Part shown: positions 45,411 to 62,827 of the stretch, in pieces
Layout: each line of letters starts with the position of its first letter
Numbering within the stretch: the stretch's first letter is position 1
Assembly (NCBI RefSeq): GCF_009914755.1
Contig: NC_060929.1
Source: the human T2T-CHM13v2.0 reference genome, Homo sapiens
Length of the DNA: 64,000 nt
Reading direction: 5' to 3' (one strand)
Program-made: the position numbers and the translations under genes
Notes under the pieces: generated by a model
Seen by the model: the letters and a program-made list of their open reading frames with translations, nothing else
Databases searched by the model: none
What the model was told of the DNA's origin: nothing

Positions 45411-45731
45411 AATATATTGACACCAGGCAGGCCTGATGAAAATGTAAGATTGCTAAGTGAGTTAATGAGAGACTGCCCTAGTTAAATAAATAATTTGTAA
45501 TAAAATATTAATCTAATCTATAACCTATGATCAGGCAAAAGCAAATCATTTGTTGTTAAAACAGCCAGTCTCCTGCACTTTAAAAAAATGCCTGTTTCGA
45601 TGCTATTCTTCCTGCTTGAGGAACTCTCTCTCCCTAGCATACTTCACTTCTGCCAAAATCCTACTCATCTTGAGGTCCTGTATCAGTGGGTATATATTCC
45701 AAGCAACTTTCTCTTTTTTCTTAACCTTTAA

Positions 45732-46193
<462 letters not shown>

Positions 46194-46429
46194 TGGCAAT
46201 TTCTGTTTTAAAAGCAGCAGTCATTACTGCCAGTCTTCCATCATGCCTCATCAATAAGCATTTCTCTCCTGGCATTTTTATCTAGGTTAATGGGATTATT
46301 AAAAAACAGCTGACTCTAGCAAGAAACCACTGAAGACGCGGTTCTTGACTCTCCTGCTTCCTCACATTCCTGGACATTTCTTTTTACCTACATTGGTTTA
46401 TACTCCTCTTTCAATATAGCAAGTTCCTC

Positions 46430-47237
46430 CCTAGACTGTAAATTCTCTCTAAACAAAAGGTTATGTTTGTTCATACCTATATAGCCAATGCGACACAATG
46501 CTGACTCATAAATTATTAGTTCATTTTAAAAGTTATCTTATTTTTTTTTTTATTTTCTGTCTACTAACTTGGTCTCTCTAACGTATCCAAAACACATAAG
46601 TTTATTTTTGCTTTGGTGCTTTTGCAATTTTTGGTTCCCTCTGCCTAGAACGTTTCATCACAGGAAAAATATTCAAACAGCTCCCTCACTTATTTCTTGT
46701 TTCCTCCACAATGTGACATTTTAAAATATGTTCCTGAGAATGGGGTGTGAGGTGCTGGTGTGGATATATTCCAGGTAGTAAGTAAGCTCTGTAATGCTTG
46801 GGACTTCGTTTATTTTTCAACACTGTAACTCCAAGTTTTAAAAATGCAGCCGGGCAAGGGTCTCATGCCTGTAATCGCAGCACTTTGGGAGGCCAGGGCA
46901 GGCGGATCACCTGAGGTCAGGAGTTCCAGACCAGCCTGGCACATGGCGAAACCCCGCCTCTACTAAAAATACAAAAATTAGCCAGGCCTGGTGGCAGGCG
47001 CCTATAATCCCAGCTACTCCGGAGGCTGAGGCAGGAGAATTGCTTGAACTCAGAAGGCTGAGGCAGGAGAATTGTTTGAACTCAGGAGGCTGCAGTAAGC
47101 TGAGATCATGGCACTGCATTCAAGCCTAGGCGACAAAGCAAGACTCTGTCTCAAATAAATAAATAGAATTTTAAAATAAAATAAAATACACGTGGTATAA
47201 TGTAGGTGCTCAATTAATTTCTTAAATGAATAAATGA
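46430..47237 (+). mobile_element. L2 3'-end fragments, split by an Alu
   Basis: CTAGACTGTAAATTC; GGTTCCCTCTGCCTAGAA; GTAGGTGCTCAATTAATTTCTTAAATGAATAAATGA. Confidence 0.7.
46849..47183 (+). mobile_element. AluSx/Sq with a 32-nt internal tandem duplication
   Basis: GGATCACCTGAGGTCAGGAG; duplicated unit at 47021-47052 and 47053-47084. Confidence 0.95.
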
Positions 47238-48479
47238 TCTTTTAAATAATTAGCTGATTAATTAAGAATTCCCCATTCAATTACTTCAGTATCTCAGGCA
47301 CCTTTTAATTCTTCCTTATGTTTTATGAGGAATAATAGAAAAGGCTCCTAATTTGTATATCCGTGAGCCAAATTCTGCTGCTTAATGCAATTTTTGCAGT
47401 CCACATCATCTTCCATAGGGTTGGAAGTTTGATTTTTATAAATATTAAATCAAATTATAATAATCTTCTATTTTAACATTTTTTTAAGTTTTCTAACATC
47501 AATGAGATCATCCAGGTATTTTTTTGGGGGGAATAGATTGTCCTTCAAAACATATTCTCAGCCTCATTCTCCAGCTATGATAATCACATGAATATTCTAT
47601 GACAAAGCCCCATTGGACGTCTTGCTATCCTGAATATATGGTTTTATTTATGCTTAGGAACTTTCCCACCAGTTGCGATTTATATCTGGAAGCACCATTA
47701 TCTTCTTGCTATAGATTTTCTTATATCTATAATGTAATTTCCTTGATTCTGTGATGGTATGTCAAATACAATGCAGATACTAATTAAGAGTACAGTTGCA
47801 TCATACATTTAAGCAAAACTTAAGGCCATAAGAGGGTATCAGAGGCCTTAGTATTCAAGATTAGAAAGGATCATAAATGCAGAAATTAGAAAGTTTAAAC
47901 AATGGCAACATAATTTTAAAATAAGCTGATACCAAAGTAATGATGTTTTTAAAATTCTTGTTTTTATTTTTATTTGTTTTTAGTAGCTCTGAATGTCTCA
48001 TGGTTCATAAGGATAGTCAAAAAATCAATTTTATCCAGAAATAAAGCCAAAGTTTGTTTTATATACCTTGATATTTATTGAATACATAATAGTTTAAAGT
48101 TTTCATAGAAATCCTTACAGGGATATTTAAATCACATAAAATAACTTTTAATTAAGTAACAAAATATTTATTATATCTTAAGCAAAATTGGAGAGAGATT
48201 TTCAATTGAAAAATAATGATTGCCATAGACTGGAGTTCTAATGATCAATTTACATCCAAATTATGCATAGTTTGTATTCTTTTTATTAAAAGTTCTATAA
48301 AAAGTCAGCATGTATATGAAAGAGAAAATAGAACCTTACTATTGCAAAAAATATCAGTTTAGTGGCCTTAATCTGCCATCTTGTGGTATAATAGCTTCAT
48401 CTCACATTTTACACATATTCTCTGGGCATTTCAAAGTATTTTCTTGAATATATAGAGTAAGTGTAAAGGTTGGCTTTAT

Positions 48480-49628
48480 TTTTCTACATTTGATTTTTAA
48501 AAATACTTGAATATATCAATTTTATTGTTTCTCTATGCACACATTTACTTGCTACTGAAGATGGAAAAAAAAATAACACACGGAAGTCTTCTTTTACTGC
48601 AATTCAAATTTTTGAAAGCCAGAAAATCAAATTATTATGCTCTTGCCAAACTACCCAATGTTTTCTTTCCCCAAGTTACTTTGTTACAGATTCTTGACCT
48701 TGGGTTACATCTCACTGACTTCAGGCTTCTAAGACACATGGGAACACTTAGGACCTATTGATGCTTCTTTGGTCAAATCAAACAGTAGAGCTAAAGTATA
48801 TTGAAGTTATTCAAATACATTCAAACTATACAGATCCCTTATAAATTACTGGTATCATGGTAGAAAGGAAAAGATATATGAAGAAAAATACGTAACAGAA
48901 CTCATTATCAAAATTATTGTTATACAGTCTGTAATAGTATAGAGTAGCTTTCTCAACTGCTGAATAATATTACCAGCAAGAATAAAAAGTACAAGAATAA
49001 AATTGATGGCTGAATCTGCTCAGTGTCATAATTCCCTATTCTAGCATTCTCAGAAGGATCCCTCCTAGTGCATGCAGAAAGTGCAGCCAGATCTGAATGG
49101 TTCCCTTCTCAATTCAATCTGAACTCTTTTAAGCCCCGTGTCTGTTAGTTCTCTTTGAAGCTGAGAAAATCTGTTTACTAACAGGTATCTCAATGTTACC
49201 ACCCTTTCTTTCTGCACAGATAACTGTGTTCTTACTCCTTTCCCCCTGTAAGGCCAGCCATCTCTGATACCCTGGAAAATCATTTCTATTCTACCGTGTT
49301 GTTGAGGTAAACCTTCTAACAGATGAAGACAAGTTGGGAATTTGGTACCAGAATTGACAGTCAAGTTACTAAGGTTCTTTATCGACATCTTGGAGCAGAA
49401 GTTATGAGAGGCCTCTGAATCATCCTGAGAATTTTCTTCAGTAAGCATTCATAAAAATTCTGGGATCAAGGGTGGGTTAAGCTTTTGTGATGGTTTCATA
49501 GGTGGTCTACTCACAGCGCTAAGCTTCTTCTGGATCTTTGGATCCCAACACAAAGTGATACTAGACCCTCAAATTGCTACAGGGTAGTCTGGAAAGAACT
49601 GTATAGCCCAGAAATAACTTGAAAACCC
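48480..49628 (-). pseudogene. DPPA3: Processed retrocopy of DPPA3 (STELLA/PGC7): 5'UTR, CDS homology 49499-49004, full 3'UTR, no introns
   Basis: Translation MKPSQKLNPPLIPEFL*MLTEENSQDDSEAS...IKNLSNLTVN...GVRTQLSVQKE...LRYLL...PFRSGCTFCMH, then frameshifted DPSENARIGNYDTEQIQP, is colinear with recalled human DPPA3 (MDPSQFNP..MLTEENSRDDSGAS..IKNLSNLTIN..GVRTLLSVQRE..LRYML..PFKCPCSFC..WDPSENARIGNQDTKPLQP). 5'UTR CTACC..GTAGCAATTTGAGG; AATAAA on the minus strand at 48521-48526. Confidence 0.93.
49065..49448 (-). CDS. Residual 127-aa open frame of the DPPA3 retrocopy, starting at the Met17 equivalent; expression unknown
   Basis: Uninterrupted ORF in the track, homologous to most of DPPA3; weak Kozak context; no promoter evidence. 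Confidence 0.25.
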   Translation of the reverse strand: MLTEENSQDDSEASHNFCSKMSIKNLSNLTVNSGTKFPTCLHLLEGLPQQHGRIEMIFQGIRDGWPYRGKGVRTQLSVQKERVVTLRYLLVNRFSQLQRELTDTGLKRVQIELRREPFRSGCTFCMH

Positions 49629-50339
49629 AAAGTGTAACAAATGTTGGTGAAAGAATCAAACTGATTTTTTTTAAACATAACTTCTTTGGGGGTGAATTTT
49701 TTTAAATACCATCATGTAGATTCCTTTGTCTTGATAATGATGTTTGTTACAATGCTGTTGGCCCAGTTGCTCTTTGATTGGTATTTGGGAGTTAAATATA
49801 AAAGTAAATACAAAATAATTCTTAGATGGAAAAATCACATTAAAAGCATTCTGGGAAATAAGAGTTAATATCACATGGCCAGGAGTTAAAGTATGTTTTT
49901 ATGTTTTCTTTAAAATTGTAAATGCACATTTTTACCACTAAGACATACTAATTGTTACTTCAATAAGCCCCAACAGAAAAAAAACAACTGTTTCATATTT
50001 TATATGGGAATAAATGTATTTTGGCTTCAAATCATGCCCTCAATAATCTAAAATATAGAAATCTGAAGTAAATCAACATTTCACTGTGATCAAAAAGTTT
50101 AGCCTTTAAGTAATTATTGCAAAAAAACAAATTTACTCATTTATTTTACCTTTATTTGTTAATCTCTTATTATAAACATTAGCTAAGAATGCAATTACAG
50201 AGTGAACATAAACAGCTCTTTTATAATTTTAAAGTTCTGCTGAAATATGTTAGGAATAATATAATCATATGAGCAAATAAAGATCCATACGTCATTTCTA
50301 GGAAGAAGGACTGATTGAATATTTTTTAAATGCCCACTT

Positions 50340-53760
<3,421 letters not shown>

Positions 53761-53899
53761 AAAAGAAAATGTCTGCTTTTATGACTGATTTAATGATTAT
53801 TAACATTGAGAAGAAAGGTAGGAAAACCTTGCCATTGATTTCTGTCACTCTTTTCTTTCAGTTTTTTTGCTCCCTCACTTCATAGTTTTATTCACTGTC

Positions 53900-54450
53900 C
53901 AATTTCCCTCAAAGTAAAAATAATGACAGTCATGACCCCAAATTGAGTCCTTATACTTTTCTAGCCACTACTTATTCTTCCTTTTTAATATTGAAGATAA
54001 TTTGTTGTGTATCTACTAATAACTCCCCAATATTTACCTCTGACTTTGATCATTCTTCTAGATTCCAGATGTAAGTTTCCAGTTGATTGGTACAGAATTT
54101 AACCTTGTATTTTTATGAAAATTTCTAAATTGTCATCTCTGTTCTTTACTTTTAAATTTTCTGATGACACTCTTCGGTTAGTCAGCTAATAGTGGAACAA
54201 ATAATATAACTTACATATTATCCCAAGTACTGCTAATTTTCCACCTCTTTTTGCTATATTGGCCTATGTACAAACAGAATTTTTCTAACTATAAGTTTTT
54301 CTCCATTGACTGAATAAGACTCTCACTTTACCTTTAATTCCCATTCAATCTTGAACAACACATATTTCCAACCACACCAAACTTCACATACTCTTGCTAA
54401 ATATTCTCATATATTCTTTTGCTCTTCTTGTTTTGTGGCCCTCTAATAAT
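53900..54450 (+). mobile_element. Degenerate L2
   Basis: CTAATAACTCCCCAAATATTTACCTC...TCTAGATTCCAGA resembles the L2 ORF2 3' region. Confidence 0.5.
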
Positions 54451-56727
54451 TCAGCCTCTCCAATTTTTATTACAGTTTAATTCATGCTAAACCCCTTTTA
54501 TAAATTTAAAATTCTCTTTGTAGTTCTCCCTGAAATTTCTCAAAAACTATATTTTACTTTTATTTTCCAATTATGTTATTGTGTCATTAGTCCTGTTAGT
54601 TGGGATTTTTGTCATTGCTCTTTTTGTTTTCTTGCATGAATATCACCCATTTGATTCAGGAAGCAAATGCTAGTAAAGGCCAGACACTATATAAAAGTAG
54701 GTAAAATATTCTATGTTTTTCCGTGTGTTTTTCTGTATTATTTTTATAAGACTTATCTAGACATAATCAGGTCTTTAAAAGACAAAAATGTACAGAGAAC
54801 TATGGGAAAAGAAAAGTCAGTGTTTCTAGGGAGCAAAATATTATGATTGTTATAATGCCTTGTATTAACAAAGAGGGTATAGTTGTAAATTAAATGTAAA
54901 GCACAAAAGACACTTACTTTCATTCTGACCAAAGTCTCCTTATGTCATAATTATCTCTGATTTTTTTGGAGGACTTCTTGTTTCCACACTTACTTTCAGT
55001 TGTCATAAAATAGAAACTTCTTTGAATTTCATTTACTTTGGTAGTAATTTTAAATATCACCAGTAGATGCCATCTTTTGATACAAAATGAAAAAGAACTA
55101 TATGTTTCATAACTTGAAAGTATTAGAAGATGATAGGTATTTAGAAGGGTAGATAAATAGATAGATGCCAGATAAATGATGGATGGAAGGAGGATAGATG
55201 GAACAATAGATAATTGCAAGAATTGATATTTACATATACACTTCCACATGGTGGGTCCTTAAGAAATACGTGTTGAGTGAATGAATAACTTAATTAATGA
55301 TCTTAGGGATTGACAAATTAGATGGAAACTAGACAAGCAGGCCAGCAGGCCTCAGAAATGGTCAGAAAATAAGGTAGTTTTAGGGGATCAGGTAAAAGGA
55401 AAAACAGGGCATTAACAAATTAGAATTAATAGTTGGATCAGACTATGTTTGCAACAACTCCAGAATACCTGCCATTATGCAGAAGCTTACAGTGGTGGTT
55501 AAAATTGGTTGAAGGGGTTTTGAAAAGCCCTTTCATCTTATTCAGGAAGATAAGTCGTTGCCTGAATCTAGTCACAGTATCTGACATGCAGTTTCAGAAT
55601 ATACGAGGAACAAGAATCTTAGTCTACATCTCTGGAGAAATTGTACCCAAATGGGAAGTGGTTTAAATATATGTGACAAGAATCTAAAGACAGAGTGAGT
55701 AGAATTACCTAGCAATGCCCAGAGCATCGGAAGTATTCTTTTTCACAGTTGTATAACACATTTACACTAAGAGATTATTCCACTGCCCAGCTGTATTAAT
55801 ATTCACTTATATTCTATCACTGGATGCCAAACCACACATGGTTCTACTGTAGTTTTATTAATTTTAGTATTTATTTTTTACCTTACACATAGAGATTACC
55901 ACTTTAATCTAGGCTGGGTGTTCAAAATAAGTGAATAGTTGCCAGTGTTATAACACTTCATAGAAGAATCAAATTATTAATTAGCATTTTCTTCCCATCG
56001 GACCACTGGGCTTAAAGGTCAATTCTAAGACATTAATTTTTAGGAGTTGAATTAGTTAGACGTGATATTTACACTGCTTAGCATGGACTTTATTGTGTAC
56101 ATATCTTATTTACATTTTAGGCAGGTGTTAGAGGGTCTGCTTGCCCATACCACCTGAGAGTGTCATATCAGGAATTTCACTTGAGCGACAGCAACACATC
56201 CTTGTCACTGCCTCTGTGATTTAGTTCAACATCCATTATTTTAAGTGAATGGGAATTGTTGTCTTTATAAATTCTCACATAGTAATGCAAATATTTTTAG
56301 GGAAGAAAGTGGGTACTATTGTGATGTGTATATTTTTATTAGCACATACTGGAACATCACATTGAGTTGTTCCTTATTTTTGTTTTTAAATATTAACTCT
56401 GATAACAAATACTTTATTCTAATAACCGAGTGAATGACTCTGTAATACCTCATGCTAAAAACAATTTAAAGATTTAACAAAACTATAATACAAATGACAA
56501 ATAATTTAAAATTTAAAAAAAGATCACTTAAAAGACATTTTTAAGAGCCAAAAATGTTCAAAAATATTTATTAAAATTTTGCTTCGATAAATGTATTATG
56601 GGTTGTATTTAAAAATATTAAATAATTAAAATTGTTATTCTATTATATCAACTTACATTCTTAACTCTCAAGGCTGAGCCAATATTACTGCTGAAAATAC
56701 AGAAAATGCAAGGTAGGTATCCAATGA

Positions 56728-57151
<424 letters not shown>

Positions 57152-58056
57152 ACTATAAAATATTTAAAACCAACTTTAAGTGCCAGTACCTTCCTCAGAG
57201 GCATTAGAAATATATTATGACCACTTTTTTCCTTAAAATGCACATTCATATGTCAATGTTTTATATGATTTTTAGATTCATTTAAAGTGAGTTTATAAAC
57301 CTAAGGAAGTATAATTGATCAACCTATCTGTAGGTTTACTAAGTTTCATGTAATTTTGTTTGGCTGAAATATGTGCTAATATAATTTTAATTATATCTCA
57401 ATCTATGAGTTTTTTGTAGATCACAGTAGTTTACAGAAGTCACCTTTCTTATATTTAAGGATGGAACTGTGATAATTATAATTTTTGTGTAATTTTTAAA
57501 TTTTAGATTTATATTATATAATTGCTTTCAGTACAGCCCCTCAGGGTTTTAAAATACAGATCTTTGGTATTGTAGTTCACCTACCAACTTTGCAGTATTA
57601 CATTTGCATATTAACTTTAAACATAGAACATGACACTTGACACATTACAGATAATTTGTAGCATTAAATAAATAAATAATGGAAATAATTTATATGTTGA
57701 AAAAATTGAATAATCTAAGTGTAACAAAGTCTGGGCACTTTGTAACATTAGGTCAATATGCTGCATTCTGGGATTTTATGAAGGTCAGACGTCATGAGTG
57801 GACAACGACATATATTGGAACAATTCCACATAAAGAGATAGGCAAATCCAGTGTAAGAAGCACAAAATGCTATTGTAGTATGGCAAAAAGAAATTACTAT
57901 CTATTTCATCTGCACTAGAATCTCATTTGATTAGCAATATTTCCATCAGCCCAAGACAATCCAGCCCCTAAATACCCAAAAAGATCGGAACTGTATTTTT
58001 AGGAGGATTTTTCGGGGTCGCGCTGAGTATAACTGTTCTTACCTTCATTTAGTCTT

Positions 58057-58330
58057 TGTGATGGCTAATTTTATGTGTTATCTTGGCCAAACTTTGGTGT
58101 CCAGTTGATTTGGTAAGTCTCATGAAATCCCTTGAAAGCTTTCGGAATAAAGACAGAAGTTTCCTGATGCAGGACTGTAACATACAAACTCTTCCTGAGT
58201 TTCTAGACTGCCTGGCCTGCTTTGTGAATTTTTCTCTCGAGACTGCAATATCAACTCCAACCTGAATTTCTAGTCTGCTGGTCTTCCCTATGGAATTTAG
58301 ACTTGCTAGTCCCGGGTTCCTTAAAATCTT
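58057..58330 (+). mobile_element. MLT2C-like LTR fragment, internally deleted
   Basis: TGTGATGGCTAATTTTATGTGT start; GACTGCAATATCAACTC...TGAATTTCTAGTCTGCTGG. Confidence 0.75.
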
Positions 58331-58370
58331 TCCTTTTCTTTCCTTTTCTCTTTCTCTCTCTCCTCTCTCA

Positions 58371-58590
58371 TAGATATAGATATAGATATAGATATAGATA
58401 TAGATATAGATATAGATATAGATATATAGATATAGATACACACATATACATATATACACACACACATATATACACACATACATGTATTCATATATACATG
58501 TATTTTTGTGTGAGATATATATATAAAAATGTATAGATCTGTACAATATGTATAAATATGTGGAGTATAAACATATACATAACACATAAT
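58371..58590. repeat. (TAGATA)9+2 followed by mixed CA/TA simple repeat
   Basis: Nine perfect units at 58371-58424. Confidence 0.95.
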
Positions 58591-59005
58591 ATAGTCTAGA
58601 TCCCTCTTTATGAACATTACTCCTAATGAAGATTAATTCTTCCTAGTGTGGCCTTCAAATGCCATTATTGTAAGAAAACTTTAGTACTACAGTTACACTG
58701 TAATGTTATAACACTGAGACTTTGTTTTAATGAGGCTCTTCAAATAAAGAGCACTTTCTGTTGCAGTAGGAATGTTCTAATCAATTGCCAATTGGTCTGT
58801 ACGAAAGCTGCTTTCTAAGTGAAGACTGTTCATTACCATATTACTACAGCATATACTTTATAGAGGCTATCTTCATGGTAGCCCCATCTCACATGATGTG
58901 TCTAATATACTCATAATTTCAGATACATGAACACAAAAGCATATTTGTGCATCCTGGTTTTGTTTATGGCAATTCCTTGGACACTCTCATTTTGTTTCCA
59001 CTTTT

Positions 59006-59292
59006 TCTGTTTTCTTTTTTGAGATGGTGTCTCACCTGTTGCCCCAGCTGGAGTGCAGCGTCATGATTATGACTCACTGCAGCCTTGAACTCCTGGGCTC
59101 AAGGAATCCTCCTGTCTCGGCCTCCTGAGTACCTGAGAATTTAGGTGCCTGCCACCCTCTCTGGCTATTTTTAAAAATTTCTTAGAGATGGGGCCTCATT
59201 ATGCTGGTCAGGCTGGTCTGTAACTCTAGGGTTCCACCTGCCTCAACCTCCTGAGTAGTTGGGGTGACAGTCATAAGCCACTGAGACCAGCA
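59006..59292 (-). mobile_element. AluJ
   Basis: CACTGCAGCCTTGAACTCCTGGGCTCAAG; TSD GTTTCCACTTTT at 58994-59005 and 59293-59304. Confidence 0.92.
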
Positions 59293-59703
59293 GTTTCCAC
59301 TTTTGTAGTGTCTTTTCCCCAACCTTATGTGTTATTCAGGTGTCTAGATTTTTGACGCTACTGACTTGTCACAGTGTCTTGTTAAACAAGCCAGTACTTT
59401 GGACTTGGTAACTGAATGTGGCTTTTCCTACTTTGCTCTTAAATGAATTATTTTTCATCTGGCTATGTAAGGTAAATTACCCATCTAAACAATGTCGAAT
59501 CCTACATCAGCCACAGATTGCAATCAAATTAAATAAAAGACAGTGAGATATAAAAGCCATCATATTTAAAAATTTTATGTAAATTGAATATTATGAAACC
59601 CCAAATGGAAATGTGGCATGTGTAGATTACTGTATGCAAACAAACCTCCACAACGAATTTAATTTTTTATTATCAAATTTTTCTTAAGTAATAAACTTAC
59701 TCA

Positions 59704-60039
<336 letters not shown>

Positions 60040-60485
60040 CTATAACTTCCAAATTCTACCAGCTTTTCATATATATATGAATAATTATATATATATATAT
60101 ATACACACACATACTCACAGACATATATGACCTCCATTTCTGAACTTTTATAGATTCTATTGTGTGCCAGTTTCTTCAGGTTCCTGAGATCTGCTCCTTT
60201 CTGTTAGCATGGACTTGGACATCTTCGCCGTTCAAACTATTGGCAAAGACAAAAACGTCTATTTAAATTTAACTTATTCCTTTTCTTTACTTTTACAATT
60301 CTTCAAATTAAGTTAACATAAAGTCATTTTTACCAACAGAACAAATAAAATGGTACATTCTTTTGTACCAGGATTGTCACTTTTAGTATTAAATATGGGA
60401 TAGTCATCCAAATCACATTTTTCTATTTTCTTCTCCTTAGTAAGTATAGAATGGAAGTCCCTTTTAATCAAGGAATTAGAACAGA

Positions 60486-60590
60486 TACATATGTGTGTAT
60501 TATATATACATATATATACACATATATATAAAATACACACATATTTATATGTATATATGTATATATACACACATATATGATATATATGAT
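60486..60590. repeat. Imperfect (TA/CA)n simple repeat; a smaller one lies at 60069-60128
   Basis: Read directly from the sequence. Confidence 0.9.
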
Positions 60591-60860
60591 AACATTTCTT
60601 ACTTTTATAGGGAGTATACTAGATTATGCAGTAAAAAATAACTACCTTTGTTAGGTTGAATGTTGTCAGTTTACCTAAATTAAATAACTTTTTGTTCATT
60701 CCAATACAAAAATTATCAACAAGTAGATATATCATTTATAACCAATTTAGAATTTTAAAGTATCATGGCATTATTATTATTTTTAAACAATACTGAATAT
60801 GAACTCCTTATAAACATTCAGAACTCACACAATACATGTCATTTATAAAAGATGATTCAT

Positions 60861-61175
60861 GGTTGGGCATGGTGTCTCACGCCTGTAATCCCAGCTCTTT
60901 GGGAGGCCGAGGTGGCTGGATCATCTGAGGTCAGGAGTTTGAGACCAGCCTGGCCAACATGGAGAAACCCCATCTCTACTAAAAATAAAAAAATTAGCTG
61001 AGTGTGGTGGCTGGCGCCTGTAATCCCACCTAATCTGGAGGCTGAGGCAGGAGAATTCCTTGAACCTGGGGTGGTGGAGGTTGCAGTGAGCCAAGATTGT
61101 GTCACTTCATGCCTGACTGGGCAACAGAGCGAGACTTCATCTCAAAAAAAAAAAAAAAAAAAAAAAAAGAAAGAA
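60861..61175 (+). mobile_element. AluSx
   Basis: Full dimer with A tail; TSD AGATGATTCAT. Confidence 0.95.
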
Positions 61176-61825
61176 AGAGATGATTCATTAATAATTTGTT
61201 TGAGATTAAAGGTGAACATTATTGTTTCTCAGATAATATGTGCAGTGGAAATAAGTCTGAATACATAATACTTTATGCAAAACAAGATCTATTTATGTCC
61301 CCCTTCTTCTTAATAGTAAAAAGTTAATGCTAATACATTTGGATCTCCTCCATCACGCTGCTGAGGTTGAGTCTAAGTTCTTGGGGATATGTAATGTAAA
61401 GAACTTAAGGACTAGTTATATGATCTTCGATGTCTCTTCCAACCTATGATAGCATCTCTGGAGACATTTTGAGTTGTTCTAATATCTTACCCTAGGTGTA
61501 TGCAAGTCACTGTCGTATTTTCCCACGTTCTTACCTTTTTTCTAATCTGGCTAAAAATTAACTGCTTTCAGTGTTCTCTATGGTTCCCAAGTTTTATCTT
61601 TCTATTTTTGAAAAAGCACATCATATTCTGTGGCATTGTTTAAGATACTTTAGGATTTGTGTCCTACTATTTAAGATGCCCTGGCAACATGTTAATTCTC
61701 CAGGGCATGCTCAGGGGAGTCTGATTTCATCACAGATACAAGATATGATATGCCCTTTACACTCTAGGGCCTTGCCGCCACTTCATACTCTATTTAGGAG
61801 TAATATTTCCCTCATATTCAAACTT

Positions 61826-61912
61826 CCTACATCTATCTATCTCTCTATCTATCTATCATCTACCTGTGTATCTGTCTATCTATCTCTCTATCTCTCTACC
61901 TATCCATTTATC
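61826..61912. repeat. Imperfect (TCTA)n repeat
   Basis: ATCTATCTAT...TCTATCTATC. Confidence 0.85.
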
Positions 61913-62827
61913 TCCCCTAGAGTTTTTTCTCAAGGACTCATCAGTATTATTTGCCCCTCGTCCTACTCATTACTAACCTACAACACAGAAAAGCCCATCA
62001 GGTAACCTGAGGGTTTGATAATTTAAATAACACCATGTTTTCTTCTAGCTCTGATATCTTCATCAGAACTTACTCCCTTTTCACAGGGCTTACACTTTCT
62101 AAGTTCCAACTATAAAAGTTTATATTTTCTATATTATCAATTGAATTACTCCTTTTCTGAGGAATGAATAAAGCCAGTTCCAATGTAGAAAAGTGAGAAA
62201 AATCAAGAGTAATAGAAAATCGAGTGTGAAGAAGAATTGGTTAATGTTTCAAAAACAGAATCTCACCATTCTATAAATTATTTTCCTAATGTTGCATATA
62301 ACTATCAGATTTAGTTTAATGAACTGTCAGAAAGGTGATTAAAGAGAAAATGCTCTCACGCATAGATCGCAAATCTAAAATTTATGTTTATCTTTAAAAT
62401 TACTACTCTTATTGGGTCTCAAAAATATTTTCTGAATTCTTAAAATAGTGATTTTAGAATTCAGAAAACTCTCATGGTATTGCTAAGCCATTTAGTATGA
62501 CTTTACTTTCCCAATCAAAAGAAATTCTGTTTTATATGAATATTGATTCAGGTCTAAGTCCTGTAGATAAGATTCTAACAACCTACATACACTTTATGGA
62601 TAAAAAATGGCAAGATCCATTTTAAGGCCCATAGTTAAATTGCTAATTTGAGAATTTAGCAGTCTTGAATATGCTAGGTTTTCAGCGACTGTGGGAATTT
62701 TTAATTTTAAACACTGATTGAAATGTTCTTAACAAGTTAGATAAGATACATTCTTTATTCCTTTTTCTGCTTTTTTTTTTTACTTTTACTTGTTCTGATA
62801 TATAGAAATTGTTTTCTCAAAAGTGTT

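Noticed and set aside
48460-49650. TSD for the DPPA3 retrocopy (AAGTGTAAAGGTTGG vs AAGTGTAACAAATGTTGG)
   Set aside because: The position fits, but it is too degenerate to assert; used only as a rough boundary.
58049-58617. 178-aa and 98-aa ORFs with YIYI, RYRY or ISIS runs
   Set aside because: Translation of (TAGATA)n and TA repeats plus LTR sequence.
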